DNA of 64,000 nucleotides. Origin: Octopus sinensis. Its lineage: Eukaryota. Below the pieces are notes generated by a model that ran no database searches, was not told the DNA's origin, and saw nothing but the letters and a program-made list of their open reading frames with translations. The position numbers and the translations under genes were made by a program. The stretch is from assembly GCF_006345805.1 (NCBI RefSeq), contig NC_042998.1:18290001-18354000 (forward strand), in the 5' to 3' direction. Position 1 is the first letter of the stretch; each line of letters starts with the position of its first letter. This document shows positions 54,367 through 64,000 of this stretch, piece by piece.

Positions 54367-54704
54367 ACTCACACACTTAAATGCCGACAGCTACAGATAC
54401 TCAAACATACACCATGTGGATGGACTTTACCATTCTATATTTTCCATTTCCTTGCGATCGTCAGTTCCAAAAATATTTTAGCACAGATAATCCTTTAATA
54501 TCGTTGTGAATAGGGGGCGATGAATCGAAATGAACAAAAAATAAGGAAATGAATAAAACGTATCGATGAGTAAAATGCAAATTTACTTTCAGTGGTTGGA
54601 GTTTTTATTCATTTTTCTCTTTTGCTTATTGTTTTTATTTTTTGTTTTACAAGGCATTCTTACATAGGTTTCAATAATGTTTTCTACCTATGAAATGCGC
54701 TAAT

Positions 54705-54800
54705 ATGTCATATGATACTCCATACTATATGCTGCATGTTATATGAAATGTAATGTCATATAATACTCCATACTATATGCTGCATGTTATATGAACTGTA
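54705..54800. repeat. 48-bp tandem duplication just downstream of the GPCR stop codon
   Basis: ATGTCATAT(G/A)ATACTCCATACTATATGCTGCATGTTATATGAA(A/C)TGTA twice; 2 mismatches. Confidence 0.9.
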
Positions 54801-54823
54801 ATACACTTTTTGTATTAGTGCAA

Positions 54824-56113
54824 TTATAACTTTGATTCCCCATCAGATGCTGTAGACCCGTTACCAACATGTACTAATGTTTGTCCTTGACTGTTATATC
54901 GCACAATTGAATCATTTGGAATACGAAGGCTGCATCGATTTGTCGCATTTATTTGCGGATCGGGTCCATACTGTGCTGCATAACTCTCCGTTCTTAAGCG
55001 CATATTCATACCACGACATCGAAAGCATAATATTTCTCTAAATGGTCTCCGGAATTCTTGGTTAAAACGGGCATATATTAAAGGATTCATGAAAGAATTG
55101 AAATAGCCTAGCCAAAGGAATATACTAGACACCACCGGATGTACTGGGCACTTCAGTTTGAGGGTATTACAGACCGGGTTAACAAGAGCCAAGATAAAGA
55201 AAGGTAGCCAGCAAGCAATGAAGCCCCCCATGATAACTCCAAGTGTTTTAGTTGCTTTCGTTTCCTTTGAGCATGTCATTTTAGTTTTTTTCGTCAGTAA
55301 AGTTCTGAGAGTAAATCTCCTTTCTCGACGGGGCAGTATTTCATTATCCTCTTCTTTACCAGAATGAACCGAACCGTTAGGGAATAAATGCGTATCACAA
55401 CTACCGCTAGAGGATTTGGGACGATTTGAATACGGAGTAGAGGGCTCTAGGGTTCCTCTGTGAGACTTAGTCTCTGCACGACTAATTCGATCAGATACTT
55501 TCCATATTCTATAATAGACTATGATCATAATTGTACAAGGTAGATAAAATGCTCCGACAGTAGCATATATTTGATAACCAAGTTCCTGGCTGTAGCCACA
55601 TTCCAACGGGTTCCGCACTGTTTTCCATCCAATTAACGGAGGAATAGATATCAAGGCAGAGAGTAGCCATACCAGAGTAATGAGCCATGCAATCCGTTTT
55701 GGTGTTCGTTTTATTGCATACGTAAGCGGCCGAGTAATAACACAATAACGGTCGACACTGATAATGCACAAGTTCAGAATTGATGCTGTACAAAGCATGA
55801 CATCCAAAGATGTCCAAGCATCACAAAGTTCGTCACCGAGACGCCACTCTTTCGTAAGTTCATAAAGCAGCGCTAGAGGCATTACGAATAGTGCTACAAA
55901 TAAGTCTGACACAGCGAGTGAAACAATAAGAAAATTAGATGGTGTCTGTAATTTTTTTACCATAAAAACAGCAATGCATACTAACGAATTGCCTATTATG
56001 GTACCAATGATGGTAAAGCTTAATATAAGTGCTACTACCCAGTGTGTCCAAGTGAATGGTGTCCCAGCCGCTTGTATATTTGCGAGAGAGTTATTGCTTC
56101 CATTCGGATTCAT
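54824..56113 (-). CDS. HTR7: Serotonin receptor, 5-HT7-like (class A aminergic GPCR), intronless CDS, 429 aa
   Basis: TM1 GN, TM2 LAVSD, TM3 D3.32 (SLDVMLCTASILNLC) and DRY, ICL2 ITRPLTYAIKRTPKR, TM5 YQIYATVGAFYLP, TM6 CWLPFFILAL, TM7 FLWLGYFNSFMNPLIY, helix 8 FRRPFREILCFRC. ICL2, TM5 and TM7 match invertebrate 5-HT7 as I recall it. First ATG is 56113 (A at -3); an in-frame TAA lies at 56183-56185. Subtype needs a phylogeny. Confidence 0.88.
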   Translation of the reverse strand: MNPNGSNNSLANIQAAGTPFTWTHWVVALILSFTIIGTIIGNSLVCIAVFMVKKLQTPSNFLIVSLAVSDLFVALFVMPLALLYELTKEWRLGDELCDAWTSLDVMLCTASILNLCIISVDRYCVITRPLTYAIKRTPKRIAWLITLVWLLSALISIPPLIGWKTVRNPLECGYSQELGYQIYATVGAFYLPCTIMIIVYYRIWKVSDRISRAETKSHRGTLEPSTPYSNRPKSSSGSCDTHLFPNGSVHSGKEEDNEILPRRERRFTLRTLLTKKTKMTCSKETKATKTLGVIMGGFIACWLPFFILALVNPVCNTLKLKCPVHPVVSSIFLWLGYFNSFMNPLIYARFNQEFRRPFREILCFRCRGMNMRLRTESYAAQYGPDPQINATNRCSLRIPNDSIVRYNSQGQTLVHVGNGSTASDGESKL

Positions 56114-56193
56114 TGTCGAAGATGCCAATGGAAGGCTTATGGTTGTGTACAACTTCACCGTCACAATTGTTTTTTTTTTCAATTATTGAATAT

Positions 56194-56212
56194 CTGTGTA
56201 AAGTGAAGTTGC
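56194..56212 (-). promoter_or_regulatory. Putative 3' splice acceptor for a 5'UTR intron of the GPCR
   Basis: Minus strand CAACTTCACTTTACACAG|ATATTC, about 80 nt upstream of the ATG. Confidence 0.35.
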
Positions 56213-57521
56213 TTGTTTGAAAGCGTTACATTGTCACAAGTAATATTTATAACATATTAGCTTTTGGTATGGTTGTAAGTTATTAAGTACCTTCAACCGT
56301 GAATTATATTTCAGGTGACAGATTCCTTTAGTGAAGAAAATAACTTTGATCCAAACGTTCTGAATTTAGATATCATGGCTCCAGAGTATCCTTCTATATG
56401 TATTTGAATCTAAAGAGGCACGAGCGAAATTGGCAAAACAGTTGATCCAACTTACGTTGTTCTTAGAGGAATTAAGATATTTGCCTCTTCACTTCTCGCC
56501 GTCCAGTTTACAGATGGGAATATTTTAAAAAGATCCTTGAATATAACGTATACGTATATCTATATTTGAAGATATACCTGTGTACACGTAATATATACGC
56601 ACATCTTTTTGTTGATATTTTTAAGCATTGCAATTTCTTTTACTTTTTGAGTTCAGCAGATGTTATATTAGTGAGTTTTGTTTTATATGTCCACGCATGT
56701 TTTAGCACTTATTCAGATTATAAATCCTCACTTTTAGATTTCCCTTGAAATATGATGGGCATTGTTATTAATGTTGATTTCTTTCAGGATCCTAAACTTA
56801 ATTCAAGCTGACAGTGGTAAGTATAATTTAATAGCAAATTTCTTTCGACTTGTATTAAACGTAATGCAATAGATACGTTTTTATTTACACCTTGGTTCAA
56901 TAGTCCGGTGATTTGGAACAAGTACGGCAGATTTTTGGTATGAACGTGTTCGATTTATTGCTGACAAAAGGATGTTTCTAGTTTTTCTGGAAAAACGTTG
57001 CTTGAATCCAGTTCTTCACCATTTCCACCAGCAAATCCTGCAAAGAGTAAAATAGGTATCGTTAAATTTCGGGCAAGAAGAAATTCTTCTGCACAAACAC
57101 ATATTTATATTACAAATCGATATAAAAAAAACATGTCACAAACATCATAAAAAGTAATTGAAATCAACCTTTCTATTATAAACACAAAGTTAGACATCTG
57201 GGGTATGGAGATTAGTAAATTAGTGTGCTCAACTGCTACTGATTTGAAAAAAAAAAGAAAAACTCAGAAGGATGAAGGGCAAAAGTCGAATTCGGTCGAA
57301 TTTCAGCGTAAATGTTGAAGAAATGCCGCTCAGCATATTGTCCGGTGTGCTAATAGTACTGCTAAATCGCAACCTTAAAACGTAAGGGAAATGATAAAAA
57401 ATTGTATCCTAGTCAACAAGCCAAATATTGTAAATGTGGGCAATTTTTTGGAAAATGTCAATCTATGAACGTGAAAAATTCAAAGATGTCACTTGTATTT
57501 GAAAACTGAAATTTAATGTTC

Positions 57522-57732
57522 ATTTCTGCTCTATGCACAAGGCCCGAAAGTTTTGGGGAGGAGTCTAATTGATATGATCGACCCCAGTACGTAACTGGTA
57601 TTCAATTTACCGACCCTGAAACAATGAAAGTTAAAGTCAACCTCGGCTGAATTTGAACTTACAATGTAAAGGCAGACGAAACACAGCTAAACATTTCGCC
57701 CACAGTGCTAAAGTTTCTGCCAGCTCGCCGCC
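57522..57732 (-). mobile_element. SINE family E variant (a second degraded piece lies at ~57255-57380)
   Basis: GGCGGCGAGCTGGCAGAAACTTTAGCAC head, GTTCAAATTC B box. Confidence 0.75.
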
Positions 57733-57811
57733 TGTATTTGACTGATATTCTGTTGACTCTATCAATATTATCAATCTACAACTACTACTACAACTACTAC
57801 TACTACTACTT

Positions 57812-58084
57812 TAGAACCGTACGGAAGTGGTTCGCAAGGTTCCGAGCTGGAGATTGTAGCCTTATTGATAAAGAGCGATCAGGCAGACCATCCACTACAG
57901 ATGATGACAAAATCAAGTCATTAATTGAGAATAACCCACATTACACAACCCGAGAATTTGCAGAAAGCCTCAACCTATCAAAATCCGTCGTTCATGAGCA
58001 CCTGGTAAAGCTTGGGTAATGGCAAGTATTTATTGACCTTTTACTTTCCGTTAAAAATCGGCACGAACTTTCCGGACAGCCCAA
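57812..58084 (+). mobile_element. Internally deleted mariner: N-terminal transposase segment joined to right TIR
   Basis: RTVRKWFARFRAGDCSLIDKERSGRPS...HEHLVKLG, then TTAAAAATCGGCACGAACTTTCCGGACAGCCCAA-TA (same TIR as 11750). Confidence 0.88.
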
Positions 58085-58890
58085 TATATTGTGTTGTATC
58101 CAAAAATTGGTCTTGATCTCTACCAACCTGAATAGGCACAGTCCAGATGGTTTCTGCCAGATGGTTGTCATGCCTCGCGTCGGTTACATGCTTCTACAAT
58201 TTCTTATTCGTTTTCACGTCGAAGTGTCACTACATTAATTTGTTTACATAGCAGCCAAGTCTGTCATGTCCATAAATATGCTTGTAATTTGCCAGGACCA
58301 AGCAGTGTTATGTAGTCAGCCATTTCACTAAACAGGTTGCATTGTTCGCTTTTGTTGTTAGAATATTTTTAAATATTTTATTTTTGCACTTGTAGTTACA
58401 CATCGTTCTGTGCATCTAAAATAAGATTCACATATCGAATTTTATTGGAGAGCTTTGAGGTAATTTTGTTTTTATCACTATCTATTTAGTTCCGTCTTGC
58501 GGATTCCCTTGTCACATAACGCCTTTTCTGTCCATTTTTGCTTTCAATACATTTTGGAATTCTGTTTGGGACTGTTTTCGGCCTTTTTTTGTTTTCACCG
58601 CGTCTATATTTTTTACTTATAGAATTTAGTATATTTATATGCATTTTAGTGTTTTCTTATATTACGAGACAATATTTTTTGCTGTTTTTGCAAGTCTCTT
58701 ATTGCTCTAGTTATTTTCCTTAAGCTAAATTCAAACTATTCTTCGTTCCTACAGTTATTACATAGCATTAGTTTTCTCTCTGTGTATCATATTCTGTCTC
58801 TTTATATCATATTATATAATCTGTTTTAGGATATAATATATTATCTGTTAAATATATGTAATATGTTAACTTGTTGTATGTAACTAACTT

Positions 58891-59230
58891 GTGAAAGCCA
58901 ATTACACAGTGGTTAGAGCGTGGAGCTTACGATCGTGAGATTGTGAGTACGATTCCCGGACCTGGCTGCGTTTTGTGCTCTTGAGCAAGACACTTTATTT
59001 CACGTGGCTCCAGTTCAATCAGCTATAGAAATGAGCTACGACTTCACTGGTGTCAACCTGTGTCGGCCTTTGCCTTTTCCATGGATAACATCAATGGTGA
59101 TGAGAGGAGATGCTGGTATGCACGGGCGACGGCTGGTCTCCCAGAAACAACGTTGTCCGGACTCGTTCCTCGGAGGGTAACTTTCTAGGTGCAATCCCAT
59201 GGTCATTCGTGACCGAAGGTGGTCATCCCT
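58891..59230 (+). mobile_element. SINE family B
   Basis: Homologous to 20697-21035; degenerate TSD TTGTAT(G/T)TAACTA at 58874-58886 and 59231-59243. Confidence 0.8.
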
Positions 59231-59482
59231 TTGTATTTAACTAGGAGCACTACTATTTTTATGCATATTAATGATAATTATTTATAACAACGATTGCTGT
59301 ATTAATATATATATCGTTCCATTGTTTAGTATTTTCCGCATTATTTATCAAATGTAAATAGTGACGTAGGAAAAGTTTCTAGGTATGATTTTTACTTTCA
59401 AACATACTTAATTGTCAACTAACATTCATAATGTAGTGGGGCAAAATGAATTAAAGGTTTCTATGTGTATTTGAAAATAATC

Positions 59483-59930
59483 GCGAATTTATTTTTGAAG
59501 GCAGGTAACTGCCTCATATGTGACTCTCTAAACTTACTTTAAAATATAGCAGATTCAAATCAGCAGGTAAATTAACGGCCGATTATCAAGAATTCTAAAA
59601 GTTACTCCTTAAAGTTCATAGCGACCACGCTACATATGTAGACAATAGGCAAGTACACAAAAAGTAGAATAGACAAGTACTCCAGCCAAAAAAACAAAAC
59701 ATTTTTTGCGAATTTATTTTTGAAGGCAGGTATCTGACTCATATGTAACTCTCTAAACTTACTTTAAAATATAGCAGATTCAAATCAGCAGGTAAATTAA
59801 CGGCCGATTATCAAGAATTCTAAAAGTTACTCCTTAAAGTTCATAGCGACCACGCTACATATGTAGACAATAGGCAAGTACACAAAAAGTAGAATAGACA
59901 AATACTCCAGCCAAAAAAACAAAACATTTT
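59483..59930. repeat. Tandem duplication, 2 x ~225 bp, 4 substitutions
   Basis: GCGAATTTATTTTTGAAGGCAGGTA at 59483 and 59708. Confidence 0.92.
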
Positions 59931-59951
59931 ACTAATACTAATTTTACTAAT

Positions 59952-60365
59952 AGGCGCAGGAGTGACTGTGTGGTAAGTGGCTTGCTAGCCAACCACATGG
60001 TTCCGGGTTCAGTTCCACTGCGTGGCATCTTGGGCAAGTATCTTCTGCTATAGCCCCGGGCCAACCAATGCCTTGCGAGTGGAATTGGTAGACGGAAACT
60101 GAAAGAAGCCTGTCGTATATATGTATATAAGTATATATGTATGTGTGTGTTTGTGTGTCTGTGTTTGTCCCCCTAGCATTGCTTGACAACCGATGCTGGT
60201 GTGTTTACGTCCCCGTCACTTAACGGTTCGGCAAAAGAGACCGATAGAATAAGAACTGGGCTTACAAAGAATAAGTCCCGGGGTCGATTTGCTCGACTAA
60301 GGCGGTGTTCCAACATGGCCGCAGTCAAAATGACTGAAACAAGTAAAAGAGAGAGTAAAAGAGTA
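59952..60365 (+). mobile_element. SINE family C, full length
   Basis: AGGCGCAGGAGTGACTGTGTGG head to GAGTAAAAGAGTA tail; possible 7-bp TSD TACTAAT. Confidence 0.9.
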
Positions 60366-61927
60366 ATACTAATATAAATAACTCTTTATATTCGATTCCC
60401 ATTAAACAAATTTGAAGATATGATAATCAATTTTTTGCAGTAATTGGTGCTTATGTTGTTCTTATTTATTTATCTCATTTCAGTTCTAGTCGTTCAGATG
60501 AATGATGATAACCGTTTTACACTTCTCATGATAATATCTTCAAATATATCTGTCAATTGTGAAATTGTCGGAATATGAGATTAAGAGAGATTTCGCTGCT
60601 AATTTTAGCAAGCAAAGCGACTGCCTACAAGTTTCTCACTTTTCGTGGGGAAAATATAAGAAGATAAAATTTCAAAATGCAGAATGGATATGTTTTTTTG
60701 GTTCTGACATTATAATTTTTTTTTATCAATTCATAATGACTGTGAGATATCAAATAATCTAGAGATATCATACCCATATGTACATTGAGAACTATTAGCA
60801 AAATTCCACATTAATATGATCATATTAATAAGGAATGTTTTTGTGACACCTCAAACAATATTTCTTACATTTTTCTTACATGAAATCCTATTACTAATTT
60901 TAAAGATAGTAATCTTATTCGAATGTTGTTTGTAGCGGTATGTAAATGTTTAACCCATATATTGATAAGGTTAATATCTATGAGATTTTGCTTGGAGTAC
61001 CAGCGACAGCAGGATTAGCAAAGATTTTAAATTATAATTCAAGACTATACTGTATTTCATATCTATTAGTATACGGTATAATATTCCATTCTAATTGAAA
61101 ATATATGTGTGGATGTGTGTATTTGCGTGTTTGTGCGTCTGTATGTGTATGTATATATATATATACACAAATAAACGCAAAAATAAAAAACTGGGTACAT
61201 TGAAACACAAACGTATACGCACTATATGTATATTTATATCAATTTAAATCTACTTAGCTCCACATAACTTAAAGTTTCGTGGACGAATAGAAAATGTGTA
61301 TCCCATCAGATACTAAGAGATTTGAAAGAAATTCAAGATGGCTTTATTGGTTAGCTCACGTTACATAAATGGTGCGAAAGGGGCACCAGATATTTTATTT
61401 ATTTTCAAGCTCACATATTCGGATAGGACGTTGGCAGCGTGCTGGCGCCACTTTGACAAGAGGCTGCACCAAAGTGTATTCAGCGATATTAATTCTTTGC
61501 ATTGGAAACTGCACGTGGTGGGACGGGATGTTGAGCGCGTCAGTAAATCTGTCGGAGTTCAGTAGGTTGCTAAATAAAATTTTACTCAATGTGGTAAAAT
61601 GATCTTAATTAGCTTTACTAAATGTAGTTTGCTATAAAATATTTCCTATCATATTTCTGCATTAGTAAGATTATGATCTGCCGAGGATTATGATTTACCG
61701 TAGATTTGACTGTGGGAGTAAAATATAACATAAAATCTTGTAGCCAAGGAGCATGTTATCTAAATTTAACTCATTAAGTCTGTGTCTATAATGAAAATTG
61801 AACCATTTCTAATCACTTAGTAGATAAAACTTACGAAGTACTACGTACTCACGTGGATTTGCCAATGCTGATGCCACACGGTAATAAAATCTACTATTTG
61901 AGATTAGACGGAAAACAAAAATCTTAT

Positions 61928-62426
61928 AACGCAAGGTGTACTAGCCATCTGAATGTGGCTAGCCACTGGGGGTGGGGTGTTACTGATGCTTTTAGCCCCA
62001 GGCGATCAACGTCACCAGATGGACTTTAGACACTATCTCAGTGCCCTTGTGTTATTTGCAAAGGGAGGTCATCCTCCCTCGAAGACCTAAGTACTACATA
62101 CGGACTATAGTTTCAAGGTAATTGCCTCTCGTCAACGCATGGTAAGCACCGGTTTTCGATGAAGGAGTCCCCTTGCAAATAATATATAACGTTTTTCACA
62201 GCAACCACTGTCACTGATTTAGAAAAACTGTCTGAAAGCAATAATAAATCTCTGAACGAGATATAAACAGTAACCGCTCGACAACGTAAGGTGTACTAGC
62301 CATCTGAATGTGGCTAGCCACTGGCGGTGGGGTGTTACTGATGCTTTTAGCCCCAGGCGATCAACGTCACCAGATGGACTTTAGACACTATCTCAGTGCC
62401 CTTGTGTTATTTGCAAAGGAAGGTCA
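61928..62426. mobile_element. Family X 1.4-mer (355-bp unit plus 144-bp terminal redundancy) with HHR
   Basis: 61928-62071 repeated at 62283-62426 with 3 mismatches; homologous to 27253-27566. Confidence 0.85.
62097..62141 (-). ncRNA. Minimal type-I hammerhead ribozyme candidate (family X)
   Basis: CATGCG-TTGACGA-GAGG(CAATTA)CCTT-GAAAC-TATA-GTC-CGTATG: 6-bp stem I, 4-bp stem II, palindromic stem III ACTATAGT, GUC site, C3U variant. Confidence 0.7.
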
Positions 62427-62657
62427 AGCTTTTCTGAATGAGATGCGCTAAAGGATTTTAATTCGTACATTTAATGTTTATCTACGTTTCTTAAACACTT
62501 TGTATACAGAAATTGCGAAATACTTTAAAATTATGTGGACTTGCCAACGCTAATACAAAATACTTATAATTTTGTGGGAGACGGTGTGTTTTCTTCATCA
62601 TGTGTCATGAATAGCAAAAGTTCTAAACATATCTACGATTTTATTGTCTTTTAATCA

Positions 62658-63041
62658 TCTCTCTCTATATAAACGGCAGTTTGTCTGTGTGCGTGTCTGT
62701 GTGTCTGTTAGGTTGTACCCTCACCCTGACCACGGCTTTCAACCGATTCTGATGAAACTTGACACACACATAGCCCAATGTCATAATTCAAAACAAAACG
62801 CAGCGAAAATTTGGAAAAGTTCCCCCAGTTCTGAAAAAAGATCGATAAATTCGACATGGGGTCGACAATCAGAAACACAAACCACAGATGGTCTAGGGGA
62901 CGCAACTCGACCTTTTTAACTCTCAAAAAAATTTACCATCATTTTTTTCCCATTTTTTTTGCTATTTTTTGGCTATAACTCTAAAAATGCTTTATAGTTA
63001 TTTCCCTTACAAACCCGAGCAACGCCGGGCGATACTGCTAG
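62658..63041 (+). mobile_element. Non-autonomous Helitron-type element (384 bp)
   Basis: Starts TC after A (62657); ends with hairpin CCCG-AGCAACGC-CGGG (63014-63029), then CTAG (63038-63041) followed by T. Confidence 0.7.
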
Positions 63042-63325
63042 TTGAAATTACATAAAACTGAGAAGTTATCAAATGGGCGACGAAAAGCTGTAGTTCATTG
63101 GAGTTCCCTTTCTTCATCTCCTGCTACTTCTCCTCCCCTACATCATCATCATCATAATCAATGTACTTATCATCATCATCAGAATCATATATCCACCAGC
63201 TCCGACGATCATACCTGGGGCTAAATCATTTTATTCACTGTTTGATCCTCCCGTCATTATCTGCCTTGTTTGATATATGGTGACAACGCAGATATTGTAA
63301 TTATTCTAAAACTTCTTCTTTTTCT

Positions 63326-63721
63326 TCTTTTACTTGTTTCAGTCATTTGACTGCGGCTATGTTGGAGCACCGCCTTTAGTCGAGCAAATCGACCCCGGGA
63401 CTTATTCTTTGTAAGCCCAGTACTTATTCTATCGGTCGCTTTTTGCAGAACCGCTATGTGACGGGGACGTAAACACACCAGCATCGGTTGTCAAGCGATG
63501 CTAGGGGGACAAACACAGACACACAGACACACGCATACATATATATATACATATATACGACAGGCTTCTTTCAGTTTCCGTCTACCAAATCCACTCACAA
63601 GGCATTGGTCGGCCCGAGGCTATAGCAGAAGACACTTGCCCAAGATGCCACGCAGTGGGACTCAACCCGGAACCATGTGGTTGGCTAGCAAGCTACTTAC
63701 CACACAGCCACTCCTGCGCCT
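63326..63721 (-). mobile_element. SINE family C, full length
   Basis: AGGCGCAGGAGTGGCTGTGTGG head, internal CA/TA tract, degraded tail. Confidence 0.9.
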
Positions 63722-64000
63722 GTATACATTTTCTAAAAATGCTGCATTAGGTTTCATTTGTCGTATATCTATTATCGCAGGAGCTTAATTTTTATTCTGT
63801 TCTAGGTGAGAAACCTTAATATTCCCCAGTAAAACTGTTGAATCTGGATTTCAGGTGACAACTTGACTGTAGGGCGCTCGAGCATAATTGATATGAAAGT
63901 GGAATTCCGAATACGGATAATTACGTGTATTTGTGTGTGTATTTGTGTGTGCGGTGTATTTGAAAGTTCTCGGAGTAGTTCCGTAGTGCGCGAACCAATG

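Noticed and set aside
56114-56182. 23-aa N-terminal extension of the GPCR ORF given in the track
   Set aside because: It starts at TTG directly after an in-frame TAA and runs through an A tract; ATG 56113 is the more likely start.

Overview
AT-rich, microsatellite-dense eukaryotic DNA. The repeat content (several tRNA-derived SINE families, long (TA)n/(TAA)n tracts) looks to me like an octopus/cephalopod genome; this is an inference, not a database result. The only intact protein-coding sequence I can support is an intronless aminergic GPCR most like invertebrate 5-HT7 (minus strand, ATG 56113 to stop 54824, 429 aa). The rest is mobile DNA: at least five SINE families (many with readable target-site duplications, TSDs), MITEs with 8-bp TSDs that carry TTAGGG repeats, mariner relics, R4/Dong-type LINE 3' ends in (TAA)n tracts, two gag-like ORF1 relics with CCHC knuckles, a Helitron-type and a Helentron-type non-autonomous element, and several fold-backs. 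The most interesting signal is a set of minimal type-I hammerhead ribozyme (HHR) motifs in four unrelated non-coding repeat families. The best is a family with a ~355-bp unit ('family X'; 27155-27566, 61928-62426, fragment 25753-25890). Its HHR keeps the catalytic core, shows compensatory changes in stems I and III between loci, and occurs as a 1.4-mer and a junction-spanning copy. That is the pattern expected of a retrozyme-like or Penelope-dependent element copied from a circular or multimeric RNA. Ribozyme activity and novelty are unverified. Family labels (A, B, C, D, E, F, X) are my own working names.
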